Below, piece after piece: positions 1 through 8,453 of a stretch of DNA of 33,307 bases (position 1 is the first letter of the stretch; each line of letters opens with the position of its first letter). The translations under genes and the position numbers were made by a program. Source of the DNA: a virus (taxonomy: Duplodnaviria > Heunggongvirae > Uroviricota > Caudoviricetes); IMG/VR virus record IMGVR_UViG_2636415477_000010. One strand, written 5' to 3'. The notes under the pieces are model-generated. The model worked only from the letters and a program-made list of their open reading frames with translations, had not been told where the DNA came from and searched no databases.

Positions 1-1143
1 CTATGCTGTTTTGATATCTACGATAATCCAGTCTTTACCACGATCATCATTGTATCGGTCGGTCATTTTTCTGGATTTATGGCCTAACAACTTTTGCGTA
101 TCCAGACCCTGTTCCCGATATAACCGTTCTGACAGAGATCGCTGCTCATGAAATGTGGGCGCAGTTCCTTGCTCCCATTTTATGCCACATTTTTCCCTGG
201 CCTTTTTAAAAGCCGTTGTCAGAGTATTCGCAGAAACCTGGTCTCCTCTGTTTGCTTGAGAGGTTGTGTGACGGTAATGGACCAGATATTTACTAACAAC
301 AGCATCCCTGCACTGAGATATAACTTCACGAAGGGTAATATTCAGAGCATCGCATTTCAGGTTAAGCGGAATAGCAAGTTTTGAACCGGTTTTTTCCTGA
401 GTAATGTGCAACATGTCGTCCCAGATATCAGAGAATTTCAAATTGCAGATATCGCCTAAACGTTGTCCAGTGACAAGAGCAAGTAGCATCCCGCATTTTA
501 AATAGGGCTGCCGTCTGCTTACGCTGTCAAATATTGCCTGCCATTCGGGCAGTGATAATCTTTGGCGGTTTACTCGATTTCGCGGTTGTTTTGTTGCCTG
601 CGCTGGGTTAAATCCTGGCGGAACATGTCCTGCGTGTTGTGCTTCTTTGAAGACGTCGATTAACACCATTCTCACGACTTGCGCCATCCTGTTATGACCT
701 TCAGCCTTTACAGCATCAATTATTTCGGCAATATCAAGTGCGGTAATATCCTTGAGGTGTTGCATTCCACAATGCTCACGGAAAAGACGAATGGGTTTGC
801 CTTTTTGCCGATAGGAGTTGGGTCTTAGTTCATTATGTTGCAGCCTGTCCTCCTGGATAGAAATATATTTATCAAGCCATTCTGTCACCGTAATGTCTGA
901 GCGCCTGCCTTTCATTCTTTCCAGACGCTCATTGACGCTTAATATTTGTCGGGTACGTTGTTCAGCAATAATGGTATTTGCTTCAGTAGCAACTTGTTTT
1001 GCTTCATTCTCATCAGTTCCTAAGCTATGAAAACGACCGGATAGTGGATGTTTGTATTGCCAATATACCTTTCCGGTTCGCTTATCTAATTTGCAATATA
1101 AATTGGGTATAGAGATTTTGTGAGATCGGGGTCTAGCAGCCAT
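1..1143 (-). CDS. int: Tyrosine integrase (lambda Int family); stop codon is at window position 1-3, so the att site lies outside the window
   Basis: 380-aa ORF with ATG at 1141-1143; C-terminal region has the HxxR...Y catalytic arrangement (HEQRSLSERLY...LLGHKSRKMTDRY) typical of lambda-family integrases; overlaps downstream xis as in lambda. Confidence 0.9.
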   Translation of the reverse strand: MAARPRSHKISIPNLYCKLDKRTGKVYWQYKHPLSGRFHSLGTDENEAKQVATEANTIIAEQRTRQILSVNERLERMKGRRSDITVTEWLDKYISIQEDRLQHNELRPNSYRQKGKPIRLFREHCGMQHLKDITALDIAEIIDAVKAEGHNRMAQVVRMVLIDVFKEAQHAGHVPPGFNPAQATKQPRNRVNRQRLSLPEWQAIFDSVSRRQPYLKCGMLLALVTGQRLGDICNLKFSDIWDDMLHITQEKTGSKLAIPLNLKCDALNITLREVISQCRDAVVSKYLVHYRHTTSQANRGDQVSANTLTTAFKKAREKCGIKWEQGTAPTFHEQRSLSERLYREQGLDTQKLLGHKSRKMTDRYNDDRGKDWIIVDIKTA

Positions 1144-1369
1144 CAGCGATTATCCGTTGGAGTTTTGGGTTTGCGTTTATTGGGAGTTGCGGTTCTGCAA
1201 GCGTTCCTACAAAACGGGAATTTCGGTCAATCATCCAGTAGCGACCAACTTTTATAGCGGGTGGGGCCATCATTTTCCCTTGCGCGTATTTTTTCAGAAC
1301 TCGCTCACTTGGTGCTAAGTCCCCAAATTCTTCTTTAGCCCAGTCCTGTAAAGTGATTAGTCGAGACAT
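1133..1369 (-). CDS. xis: Excisionase (Xis-like)
   Basis: 78-aa ORF immediately upstream of and overlapping int by 11 nt; N-terminal LITLQDWAKEE...PP.IKVGR resembles the lambda Xis motif YLTLQEW...PP.K.GR. Confidence 0.7.
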   Translation of the reverse strand: MSRLITLQDWAKEEFGDLAPSERVLKKYAQGKMMAPPAIKVGRYWMIDRNSRFVGTLAEPQLPINANPKLQRIIADGC

Positions 1370-1508
1370 TTGTCCTCCTCTTAGCTACTGAGGGAGTTTG
1401 TGACCGATATATCTGACATGATATTAAGCTCATGGCAGGTACATCTCTTGACTGGTCATAGAGATAAATTTAATGCTGAGAAATGCAGTATTGAATTTAT
1501 CAATTTTT

Positions 1509-1748
1509 CTATTTCCTGCGTATGGCACGTAACTTCTTAATGTGTTCTGCTGTATCGATCTCTTCGGCTATCCGATCTGCATCAGCTTTATTCACAGGTT
1601 CAAAGTCATGATTAAAGCGGAACATGCTGGCGATACATGTTCTGCCTTTTCGGATGTAGTGAACTTTGTTGTGGGTAGAACGCAGGATTTTGCAGGGAGT
1701 GCCGTGGTGGTCGACGTACCAGGTGTTAGGAAAAATGATTCTGAACAT
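1509..1748 (-). CDS. Hypothetical small early-left protein
   Basis: 79-aa ATG-initiated ORF co-oriented with the early-left operon; no family recognised. Confidence 0.4.
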   Translation of the reverse strand: MFRIIFPNTWYVDHHGTPCKILRSTHNKVHYIRKGRTCIASMFRFNHDFEPVNKADADRIAEEIDTAEHIKKLRAIRRK

Positions 1749-1795
1749 TTTTACACCTCAGTTGGACGATGTTGAAATTTGCTGCTTTGAGGCCA

Positions 1796-2014
1796 TCACA
1801 GTCCCCATTGTTTGTTCTTAAGTTCGATCTCCTCCTGGCAACTTGCACAAGTCCGACAACCCTGAACGGCCAGGCGTCTTCGTTCATCTATCGGATCGCC
1901 ACACTCACAACAATGAGTGGCAGATATAGCCTGGTGGTTCAGGCGGCGCATTTTTATTGCTGTGTTGCGCTGTAATTCTTCAATTTCTGATGCTGAATCA
2001 ATGATGTCTGCCAT
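1796..2014 (-). CDS. TraR/DksA-family C4 zinc-finger protein
   Basis: 72 aa with CxxC-(17 aa)-CxxC (CCECGDPIDERRRLAVQGCRTCASC), as in the TraR-like proteins common in lambdoid early-left regions. Confidence 0.7.
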   Translation of the reverse strand: MADIIDSASEIEELQRNTAIKMRRLNHQAISATHCCECGDPIDERRRLAVQGCRTCASCQEEIELKNKQWGL

Positions 2015-2112
2015 CTTTCATTAATCCCTGAATTGTTGGTTAATACGCTTGAGGGTGAATGCGAATAATAAAAAAGGAGCCTGTAGCTCCATGATGATTT
2101 TATTTTTCATGT

Positions 2113-2394
2113 TCACCGTTCCTTAAAGACGCCGTTTAACATGCCGATCGCCAGGCTTAAATGAGTCGGTGTGAATCCCATCAGCGTTACCGTTTCGCGG
2201 TGCTTCTTCAGTACGCTACGGCAAATGTCATCGACGTTTTTATCCGGAAACTGCTGTCTGGCTTTTTTGATTTCATAATTAGCCTGACGGGCAATACTGC
2301 GAAGGGCGTTTTCTTGCTGAGGTGTCATTGAGCAAGTCCCATGTCGGCAAGCATAAGCACACAGAATATGAAGCCCGCTGCCAGAAAAATGCAT
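2113..2394 (-). CDS. Hypothetical protein (alternative ATG start at 2328 gives 71 aa)
   Basis: ORF in early-left orientation between the TraR-like gene and exo; no family recognised. Confidence 0.4.
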   Translation of the reverse strand: MHFSGSGLHILCAYACRHGTCSMTPQQENALRSIARQANYEIKKARQQFPDKNVDDICRSVLKKHRETVTLMGFTPTHLSLAIGMLNGVFKER

Positions 2395-2404
2395 TCAGTG
2401 GTTG

Positions 2405-2596
2405 TCATACCTGGTCTCTCTCATCTGCTTCTGCTTTCGCCACCATCATTTCCAGCTTTTGTGAAAGGGATGTGGCTAACGTATGAAATTCTTCGTCTGT
2501 TTCTACTGGTATTGGCACAAACCTGACTCCAATTTGAGCGAGGCTATGTGCCATCTCGATACTCGTTCTTAACTCAACGGGAGATGCTTTGTGCAT
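2405..2596 (-). CDS. Hypothetical small protein
   Basis: 63-aa ATG-initiated ORF directly downstream of exo on the same strand. Confidence 0.35.
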   Translation of the reverse strand: MHKASPVELRTSIEMAHSLAQIGVRFVPIPVETDEEFHTLATSLSQKLEMMVAKAEADERDQV

Positions 2597-2747
2597 ACAG
2601 CCCCCCGTTTATTATTTATCTCCTCAGCCAGCCGCTGGGCTTTCAGTGGATTTTGGATAACAGAAAGGCCGGGAAATACCCAGCCTCGCTTTGTAACGGA
2701 GTAGACGAAAGTGATCGCGCCTACCCGGATATTATCGTGAGGATGCG

Positions 2748-3428
2748 TCATCGCCATTGCTCCCCAAATACAAAACCAATTTCAGCCAGTGCCTCGTCCA
2801 TTTTTTCGATGAACTCCGGCACCATCTCGTCAAAACTCGCCATGTACTTTTCATCCCGCTCAACCACGACATAATGCAGTCCTTCACGCTTCATACGCGG
2901 GTCATAGTTGGCAAAGTACCAGGCATCTTTTCGCGTCACCCACATGCTGTACTGCACCTGGGCCATGTAAGCCGACTTTATGGCCTCGAAACCACCGAGC
3001 CGGAACTTCATGAAATCCCGGGAGGTAAACGGGCATTTCAGCTCAAGGCCATTGCCGTCACTGCATAAACCATCGGGAGAGCAGGCGGTGCGCATACTTT
3101 CGTCGCGATAGATGATCGGGGATTCAGTAACATTCACGCCGGAAGTGAATTTAAACAGGGTTCTGGCGTCGTTCTCGTACTGTTTTCCCCAGGCCAGCGC
3201 CTTAGCATTAACTTCCGGAGCCACACCGGTGCAAACCTCAGCCAGCAAGGTGTGGAAGTAGGACATTTTCATGTCAGGCCACTTCTTTCCTGAGCGGGGC
3301 TTTGCTATCACGTTGTGAACTTCTGAAGCGGTGATGACGCCGAGCCGTAATTTGTGCCACGCATCATCCCCCTGTTCGACAGCTCTCACGTCGATCCCTG
3401 TACGTTGCAGGATAATGTCCGGTGTCAT
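2748..3428 (-). CDS. exo: Lambda exonuclease (Red alpha)
   Basis: 226 aa; translation [40 protein letters not shown]... matches lambda Exo as recalled, near-identical over full length; not verified by alignment. Confidence 0.95.
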   Translation of the reverse strand: MTPDIILQRTGIDVRAVEQGDDAWHKLRLGVITASEVHNVIAKPRSGKKWPDMKMSYFHTLLAEVCTGVAPEVNAKALAWGKQYENDARTLFKFTSGVNVTESPIIYRDESMRTACSPDGLCSDGNGLELKCPFTSRDFMKFRLGGFEAIKSAYMAQVQYSMWVTRKDAWYFANYDPRMKREGLHYVVVERDEKYMASFDEMVPEFIEKMDEALAEIGFVFGEQWR

Positions 3429-4210
3429 GCTGCTACCTTCTGCTCTGTGACTTTCTGTTTCAGGAATCCAAGAACCTTCACAGCTTCAGCCTGTGTTAGT
3501 TCTGAAGATGTGTAAATGTTGCGGCGAAAAATCTGGGAACAGAGCGGCAACAGGTCGTCATCCCACGTTTTTTCCATGGAAGTAAGAAGGGCGTTAATTT
3601 CCGACATGGTTTCTTCGTTAACCGGGGTGATGTCGCGTTCCGGCTGACGTTCTGTAGTATATGCAGTATTTTCGACAATACGCTCGGCTTCATCCTTGTC
3701 ATAGATGCCAGCAAATCCGAAGGCCAGGCGAGCACACTGAATCATGGCTTTGTGCCGTAACATCCGTTTGGGATGCGACTGCCACGGCCCCGTGATTTCT
3801 CTGCCTTCGCGAGTTTTGAATGGTTCGCGGCGGCATTCATCCATCCACTCGGTAACGCAGATCGGGTGATTGCGATCTTTGCGGTAAATCCGGCATGTAC
3901 AGGACTCATTGTCCTGCTCAAAGTCCATGCCATCAAACTGCTGGTTTTCATTGATGATGCGGGACCAGCCATCAACGCCAACCACCGGAACGATGCCGTT
4001 CTGCTTATCAGGGAAGGCGTAAATTTCTTTCGTCCACGGATTAAGGCCGTACTGGTTGGCGACGATCAGCAATGCGATGAACTGCGCATCGCTGGCATCA
4101 CCTTTAAATGCCGTCTGACGAAGAGTGGTGATCAGTTCCTGTGGGTCGACAGAATCCATGCCGACACGTTCAGCCAGCTTCCCGGCTAGCGTTGCGAGTG
4201 CTGTACTCAT
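3425..4210 (-). CDS. bet: Lambda Bet (Red beta) single-strand annealing protein
   Basis: 261 aa; [66 protein letters not shown]... matches lambda Bet as recalled; 4-nt overlap with exo. Confidence 0.95.
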   Translation of the reverse strand: MSTALATLAGKLAERVGMDSVDPQELITTLRQTAFKGDASDAQFIALLIVANQYGLNPWTKEIYAFPDKQNGIVPVVGVDGWSRIINENQQFDGMDFEQDNESCTCRIYRKDRNHPICVTEWMDECRREPFKTREGREITGPWQSHPKRMLRHKAMIQCARLAFGFAGIYDKDEAERIVENTAYTTERQPERDITPVNEETMSEINALLTSMEKTWDDDLLPLCSQIFRRNIYTSSELTQAEAVKVLGFLKQKVTEQKVAA

Positions 4211-4215
4211 CCGTT

Positions 4216-4512
4216 TTATACCTCTGAATCAATATCAACATGGTGGTGAGCAATGGTTTCAACCATGTACCGGATGTGTTCTGCCATGCGCTCCTGAAAC
4301 TCAACATCGTCATCAAACGCACGGGTAATGGCTTTTTTGTTGGCCCCGCAGCGTTGCAAATGATCGATGCAGAGTGATTCAAACAGGTGCTGTGGAAGAC
4401 CTTTTTCCATGTCGTCTGCCAGTTCTGCCTCTTTCTCTTCACGGGCGATCTGCTGGTAGTGACGCGCCCAGCTTTGAGCCTCAAGACGATCCTGAATGTA
4501 ATAAGCGTTCAT
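4216..4512 (-). CDS. gam: Gam (RecBCD inhibitor), short 98-aa form
   Basis: [54 protein letters not shown]... matches lambda Gam as recalled; the upstream in-frame reading hits a stop after 18 codons, so no long GamL extension. Confidence 0.9.
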   Translation of the reverse strand: MNAYYIQDRLEAQSWARHYQQIAREEKEAELADDMEKGLPQHLFESLCIDHLQRCGANKKAITRAFDDDVEFQERMAEHIRYMVETIAHHHVDIDSEV

Positions 4513-4587
4513 GGCTGAACTCCTGAAAATGGCTGTGAAAATATCGCCTGCGAAATGCCGGGCTGATTAGGTAAACAGGAAAGGGGA

Positions 4588-4878
4588 TTAGTGATTCAGG
4601 CCGTTGCCGCGTCCGTCGAGAAAAACTTCCACGAGCAAATCACGGGTATAAGTGCGCTCGATGCCGCGATGCAGATAAAGCCGTCCGCGTAAATTAGCTG
4701 ATGCAGTCCAGGTACCATCTTTGTGTTTGACCAGCATTCCTGGCATGACCGCACCGCGATTAACGGTCTGCGTTCCGTAATGTTGATGAACCATAAAAAC
4801 TCCTGCCCGTAAGCTGGGCTGCTGAACATATAGAGACTTCTGCGCGTATTCAGGCGGTGGATGGCCGCCGGTTGTCAT
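4588..4878 (-). CDS. Hypothetical protein in the position where lambda has N (first gene downstream of the putative pL); no similarity to lambda N recognised
   Basis: The track ORF 4588-4998 begins with TTG; the first ATG in frame is at 4876-4878 with GAGG about 10 nt upstream, giving about 96 aa ([13 protein letters not shown]...). Confidence 0.35.
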   Translation of the reverse strand: MTTGGHPPPEYAQKSLYVQQPSLRAGVFMVHQHYGTQTVNRGAVMPGMLVKHKDGTWTASANLRGRLYLHRGIERTYTRDLLVEVFLDGRGNGLNH

Positions 4879-5063
4879 AACTAAGCCGCCTCGTTGAAGC
4901 GACTGAGGTATGAGGTGTTGAGTTGATTTCAGCTGGTCACACCGACGTTCACGCGTCCGCTTCACCCCTCGCACTCCCCGGAGCCTGCTGAAATTCAAGC
5001 TGCGGATCTAAGCGGTCATCGCAACGGTGAATCAGGTGATTGCCGTATCGTTGTGTTGTTGCG

Positions 5064-5115
5064 ACATGGTGATAATAGCTATTGCTATTGGCTGTATCAA
5101 TACTTATTGCTATTG
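5064..5115 (-). promoter_or_regulatory. Putative pL promoter with operator boxes (oL)
   Basis: On the minus strand: -35 TTGATA (plus 5095-5100), 17-nt spacer, -10 TATTAT (plus 5072-5077); two copies of ATTGCTATT at 5081-5089 and 5106-5114, 25 bp apart, overlap it. Confidence 0.5.
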
Positions 5116-5240
5116 ATTGATGTGTTTTGATATTAACTGTTTGATAGCAAAAAGAATTAATTTTGTGACTTGTATCGCATAGCGATAACTGAAGGGAGGA
5201 TGTGGTGGTTTTTCGAACGGTTTGTGTGATGAGGGGACAA

Positions 5241-5265
5241 AAGAAAACCCGGCACGGTGGCCGGG
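5241..5265 (-). terminator. Intrinsic terminator ending the cI-linked two-gene operon
   Basis: Perfect 6-bp stem CCCGGC/GCCGGG (5248-5253 and 5260-5265) with 6-nt loop; on the minus strand it is followed by TTTTCTT (plus 5241-5247); sits 5 nt after the stop of the 125-aa gene. Confidence 0.6.
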
Positions 5266-5269
5266 ATTC

Positions 5270-5647
5270 TTACGCAGGTAGGTAAAGATATGATTGTGGT
5301 GGCTTAATATTACTACCTAGAGCAGAGATAGGAATTGGTTCTTTATATCTTTCCACTTCACCAATTTTTATTGCGTAGGCCTTTTCTCTACCTGAATAAT
5401 ATGAGTCATAAAATTGCTTAGAAATACCTGCGTGTTTTTCCGTCTTTTTCCAAAGAGATTCCGGTTCGTCACTTAGTATTGATTCAATACGGAATTGACC
5501 AACAACTTTACCTAATGGCATCGTGGCATAAATAACAACGGTGCTAATTTGCGGATTTTTGAATATACCTTTACGAAACTCGAACCGCTTTGTTCCGTTC
5601 AATATTTTTTCTGCAAACTCAGGCTTAATGGATAATAAAACTTTCAT
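5270..5647 (-). CDS. ASCH-like (PUA-fold) small protein, second gene of the AT-rich immunity-region module
   Basis: 125 aa; N-terminus MKVLLSIKPEFAEKILNGTKRFEFRK resembles the ASCH signature as I recall it; overlaps the 3' end of the upstream gene by 23 nt; visibly AT-rich. Confidence 0.6.
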   Translation of the reverse strand: MKVLLSIKPEFAEKILNGTKRFEFRKGIFKNPQISTVVIYATMPLGKVVGQFRIESILSDEPESLWKKTEKHAGISKQFYDSYYSGREKAYAIKIGEVERYKEPIPISALGSNIKPPQSYLYLPA

Positions 5648-6698
5648 TTATCTTGCCTAACTCGATGATCTTTAAGAACTGCTCATTTGTGAGTTTAAAG
5701 TGACTCCATCGGAATGCACGCGAACCATTTAGCCCCACATGATCTATTAAAATAGCACGATTGGGTCTCTTTGACAAAGACAGATTGTATGTGAATCTTA
5801 TAATGAAAGGGTATCGACGTTCTTTATAGATTTTTCTGAGTTCATCTTCAGAAAATACGCTAAAACGAATACAATAGTCTACAAAACTATCTTCGCTTAA
5901 AAATTCAGAAATATTTTTTACGCTCTCAACTACACATAATGTACTGGCTACAGAACGATAGCGAGCTGGCCCTTTTTTGTCTCCGGTTCTATAGATGACA
6001 ATGATATCTCCTCTTTTCATTCCCATCACAGAACGCATTCCACATATGTAAATTTTATGAATGCTGTTAGCATGGGATATATCTTTGACAATATCTGGTG
6101 ATTCATTTACAAGTTTTGAATCAGGGAATAGTCTAGTGTGATATTCGGGATAAATCGCCAGTAAATATTTGTTGGCCCTTGATGTCATTATTCGAGGGTA
6201 ATCTAATAAAATATCACCATAAGGCTCATGCAAAGACCTCGCATATACAAACTCTTTCCCGTTATGTGTTTCTTTTTCACCATGAATGTAAAATCCGTAC
6301 GTTTGGAAAAGTTTTATTAGATGGACGTGTTTGTCGAAAACAGTAACATAAATATCATCAGATTTTGATGAAAATGCATGGTCAAACGCTTTTTTTAGAA
6401 ATCGTTGTCCGCGAAGGGTGCCTTTAGATTCAAATTTGAATGTTCCTATCTTTAGATGACGTCCTGGTGGGAGCGCTGGATTAATGTCATTTGCATCATC
6501 ATTTTCTTTTAGATACATAAAACCTTCGATTTTATGCTTGTCATCATAGAGCACATAAGCTGATTCTCCTTCTCTGGCTTTTTTTTCTAACCAAAGAGGA
6601 AACTCTTTATAATCTTTTTTTAAAGAGTCAAAAAATGGGTCATTGTGATCAAAATCAGAGAATTTCTCATATTTTAAAGTATCCATTAAGTTCTCCAT
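5625..6698 (-). CDS. Two-domain protein of unknown function with possible GNAT-like N-terminal half and PUA/ASCH-like C-terminal half; first gene of the AT-rich module downstream of cI
   Basis: 357-aa ORF with ATG at 6698; alternative ATG at 6686 has GGAG 6 nt upstream; segment DDIYVTVFDKHVHLIKLFQTYGFYIHGEK resembles the GNAT beta5-alpha4 motif; segment IYICGMRSVMGMKRGDIIVIYRTGD resembles PUA-like barrels; domain calls are by eye only. Confidence 0.6.
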   Translation of the reverse strand: MENLMDTLKYEKFSDFDHNDPFFDSLKKDYKEFPLWLEKKAREGESAYVLYDDKHKIEGFMYLKENDDANDINPALPPGRHLKIGTFKFESKGTLRGQRFLKKAFDHAFSSKSDDIYVTVFDKHVHLIKLFQTYGFYIHGEKETHNGKEFVYARSLHEPYGDILLDYPRIMTSRANKYLLAIYPEYHTRLFPDSKLVNESPDIVKDISHANSIHKIYICGMRSVMGMKRGDIIVIYRTGDKKGPARYRSVASTLCVVESVKNISEFLSEDSFVDYCIRFSVFSEDELRKIYKERRYPFIIRFTYNLSLSKRPNRAILIDHVGLNGSRAFRWSHFKLTNEQFLKIIELGKINESFIIH

Positions 6699-6766
6699 TC
6701 TAAAATGAATAATTAAGTTGTTTTACTGAATGAGCACAATGCCCGGTTGATAATTTTTAATTGGTA

Positions 6767-7459
6767 CTATCCATGCTTCCTATACGTCTGCGGCATGCTC
6801 CCAATAACTTTCCCGAAGATAAATACCCGGTTCATCTCATCTTTCTCGATCGGGTCCCACGGTGAGTAGCTTTTGTTATCAGAGATAACCAGCAGCTTAT
6901 CCTTCATCATTTGCAGGCGCTTTACATGGGCTGTGTCGTCGTACAGAAACGCATAGATACCATCACCGTCGAAAGATTTAACCGTGATATCAACGAATAG
7001 AAGATCACCAGGTTCAATCGTTCCTGACATGCTGTCACCGCGTACGTTAATGATGCGGATATTTTCTGCCTTCCTACCATCGAACATGTGACGAGCATCG
7101 TCAAACGAGTACTCAACCGAGCGTAGAACTTCTACAAACTCACGGTTGATGACTCCCGGCCCGGCACTCACTTCTATATCAAGAACGTCAATCTTGAAGT
7201 ATTTGGGATGGTTGGCAGTAGGCTTCCCTAATTGTTGACCGTCATTTCTCATCGGGCCTATGCCTGATGAGAGCCACTCTGTTCGAACACCCAATGCATT
7301 AGCTATTTCAACAATTTTTGTTGAGCCGCGCGCGTTGCCGCTTGTCAGTCTCCAGATTGTGGGTTGAGCTACGCCAGACGCCTTTGCAAGAGCGCCTTGA
7401 GACATTCCAGATTGTTCCATCGCTAGGTTTAAGCGATCAGCAAGAGTTTCTTTTTTCAT
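6767..7459 (-). CDS. cI: CI-type prophage repressor (N-terminal HTH, C-terminal LexA-like S24 autopeptidase domain)
   Basis: The track ORF to 7495 starts with TTG; first ATG at 7457-7459 gives MKKETLADRLNLAMEQSGMSQGALAKASGV... (HTH), with the C-terminal NVRGDSMSGTIEPGDLLFVD...KRL pattern typical of S24 self-cleaving repressors. Confidence 0.85.
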   Translation of the reverse strand: MKKETLADRLNLAMEQSGMSQGALAKASGVAQPTIWRLTSGNARGSTKIVEIANALGVRTEWLSSGIGPMRNDGQQLGKPTANHPKYFKIDVLDIEVSAGPGVINREFVEVLRSVEYSFDDARHMFDGRKAENIRIINVRGDSMSGTIEPGDLLFVDITVKSFDGDGIYAFLYDDTAHVKRLQMMKDKLLVISDNKSYSPWDPIEKDEMNRVFIFGKVIGSMPQTYRKHG

Positions 7460-7569
7460 AAGTTTTAATTTATACGCTTGCGTATTGATGGTCAAAACAC
7501 GTTTTGCTATTGTTATGATTAATACGCATTGCTATTATTTATTCATTGTAATACCAATAGGAATTAATA
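7460..7569. promoter_or_regulatory. Divergent pRM/pR control region with operator boxes (oR)
   Basis: Two boxes TTTGCTATT (7503-7511) and ATTGCTATT (7528-7536), 25 bp apart; candidate pR -35 TTGTTA (7510-7515), 17-nt spacer, -10 TATTAT (7533-7538); AGGA ribosome-binding site before cro. Confidence 0.55.
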
Positions 7570-7797
7570 ATGACAAATCAAACCATTCAACTCGCAATCA
7601 GTATTACAGGTAGTCAAAAACGACTGGCAGATCTATGCGGTGTAGCCCAGCCCACTGTTTGGCGTTGGCTACACGGTGGCGGAATTGATGCCCGCTATGT
7701 AATGAAAATTGTCTCAGCCACTGGTGGAAAGATTAAACCAGCAGATATTCGTCCCGACCTCGCACCATTGTTTAACGCGAGTAATTCTGCCGCCTAA
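7570..7797 (+). CDS. cro: Cro-like HTH regulator (YdaS-like)
   Basis: 75 aa divergent from cI across the operator region; HTH segment QKRLADLCGVAQPTVWRWL. Confidence 0.75.
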   Translation: MTNQTIQLAISITGSQKRLADLCGVAQPTVWRWLHGGGIDARYVMKIVSATGGKIKPADIRPDLAPLFNASNSAA

Positions 7798-7821
7798 TCT
7801 GCGGCGTTAACTGATAAGGCA

Positions 7822-8367
7822 ATGACTATGCAACCACTTACATACCAACAGACTAGCGGATTTAGCCCGACTGCGGTGATAAATCGTTCTCAAACAAAAC
7901 AGGCGCCAGGCCACGAAAAAATCCGTGATGCCGTTCGCGCCTGGTCGGCTGCAGATAATCAGGATGTTGTTGCCGCACTCATTGTGAATGAGTATCGGGA
8001 GCAGGGCGGCGGCACCATCGATTTTCCTGATGATGTCAGCCGTGCACGCCAGAAGCTGTTCCGCTTCCTCGATAACAAATTCGATTCTGAAAAATACCGA
8101 AATAACGTGCGTGAACTGACCCCGGCAATTCTGGCGGTACTACCGCTGGAATATCGCGGCCACCTGGTTGAGCAGGATAGCTTCATGGCTCGGCTGGCTG
8201 AAATGGAAAAGGAACTCAGTGAGGCAAAACAGGCTGTCATTCTCAACGCACCACGCCACCAGAAACTGAAGGAGATGAGTGAAGGCATTGTGTCGATGTT
8301 TCGTGTGGACCCGGATCTGGCTGGTCCACTGATGGCGATGGTCACCACCATGCTGGGGGCAATATGA
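7822..8367 (+). CDS. YdaT-like protein in the cII position
   Basis: 181-aa ORF between cro and the replication genes; internal LTPAILAVLPLEYR segment resembles what I recall of YdaT-family prophage proteins; unverified. Confidence 0.5.
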   Translation: MTMQPLTYQQTSGFSPTAVINRSQTKQAPGHEKIRDAVRAWSAADNQDVVAALIVNEYREQGGGTIDFPDDVSRARQKLFRFLDNKFDSEKYRNNVRELTPAILAVLPLEYRGHLVEQDSFMARLAEMEKELSEAKQAVILNAPRHQKLKEMSEGIVSMFRVDPDLAGPLMAMVTTMLGAI

Positions 8368-8453
8368 CAGGTTCGGAAATGGCGAAAGCCGGTCTGCGCG
8401 AACAGAACCGACTTTCAGGTGCAAATCGTAACACACTCATTGCGGGAGGAATT

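Noticed and set aside
4588-4998. Full 136-aa version of the ORF in the N position, with an arginine-rich N-terminus that looked like an N-type RNA-binding motif
   Set aside because: Its first codon is TTG and the arginine-rich part lies upstream of the first ATG in what is more likely the pL leader; only the shorter ATG form is reported.
6767-7495. 242-aa cI form starting at 7495
   Set aside because: First codon is TTG; the ATG at 7459 gives a typical repressor N-terminus and leaves a 110-bp control region like lambda.
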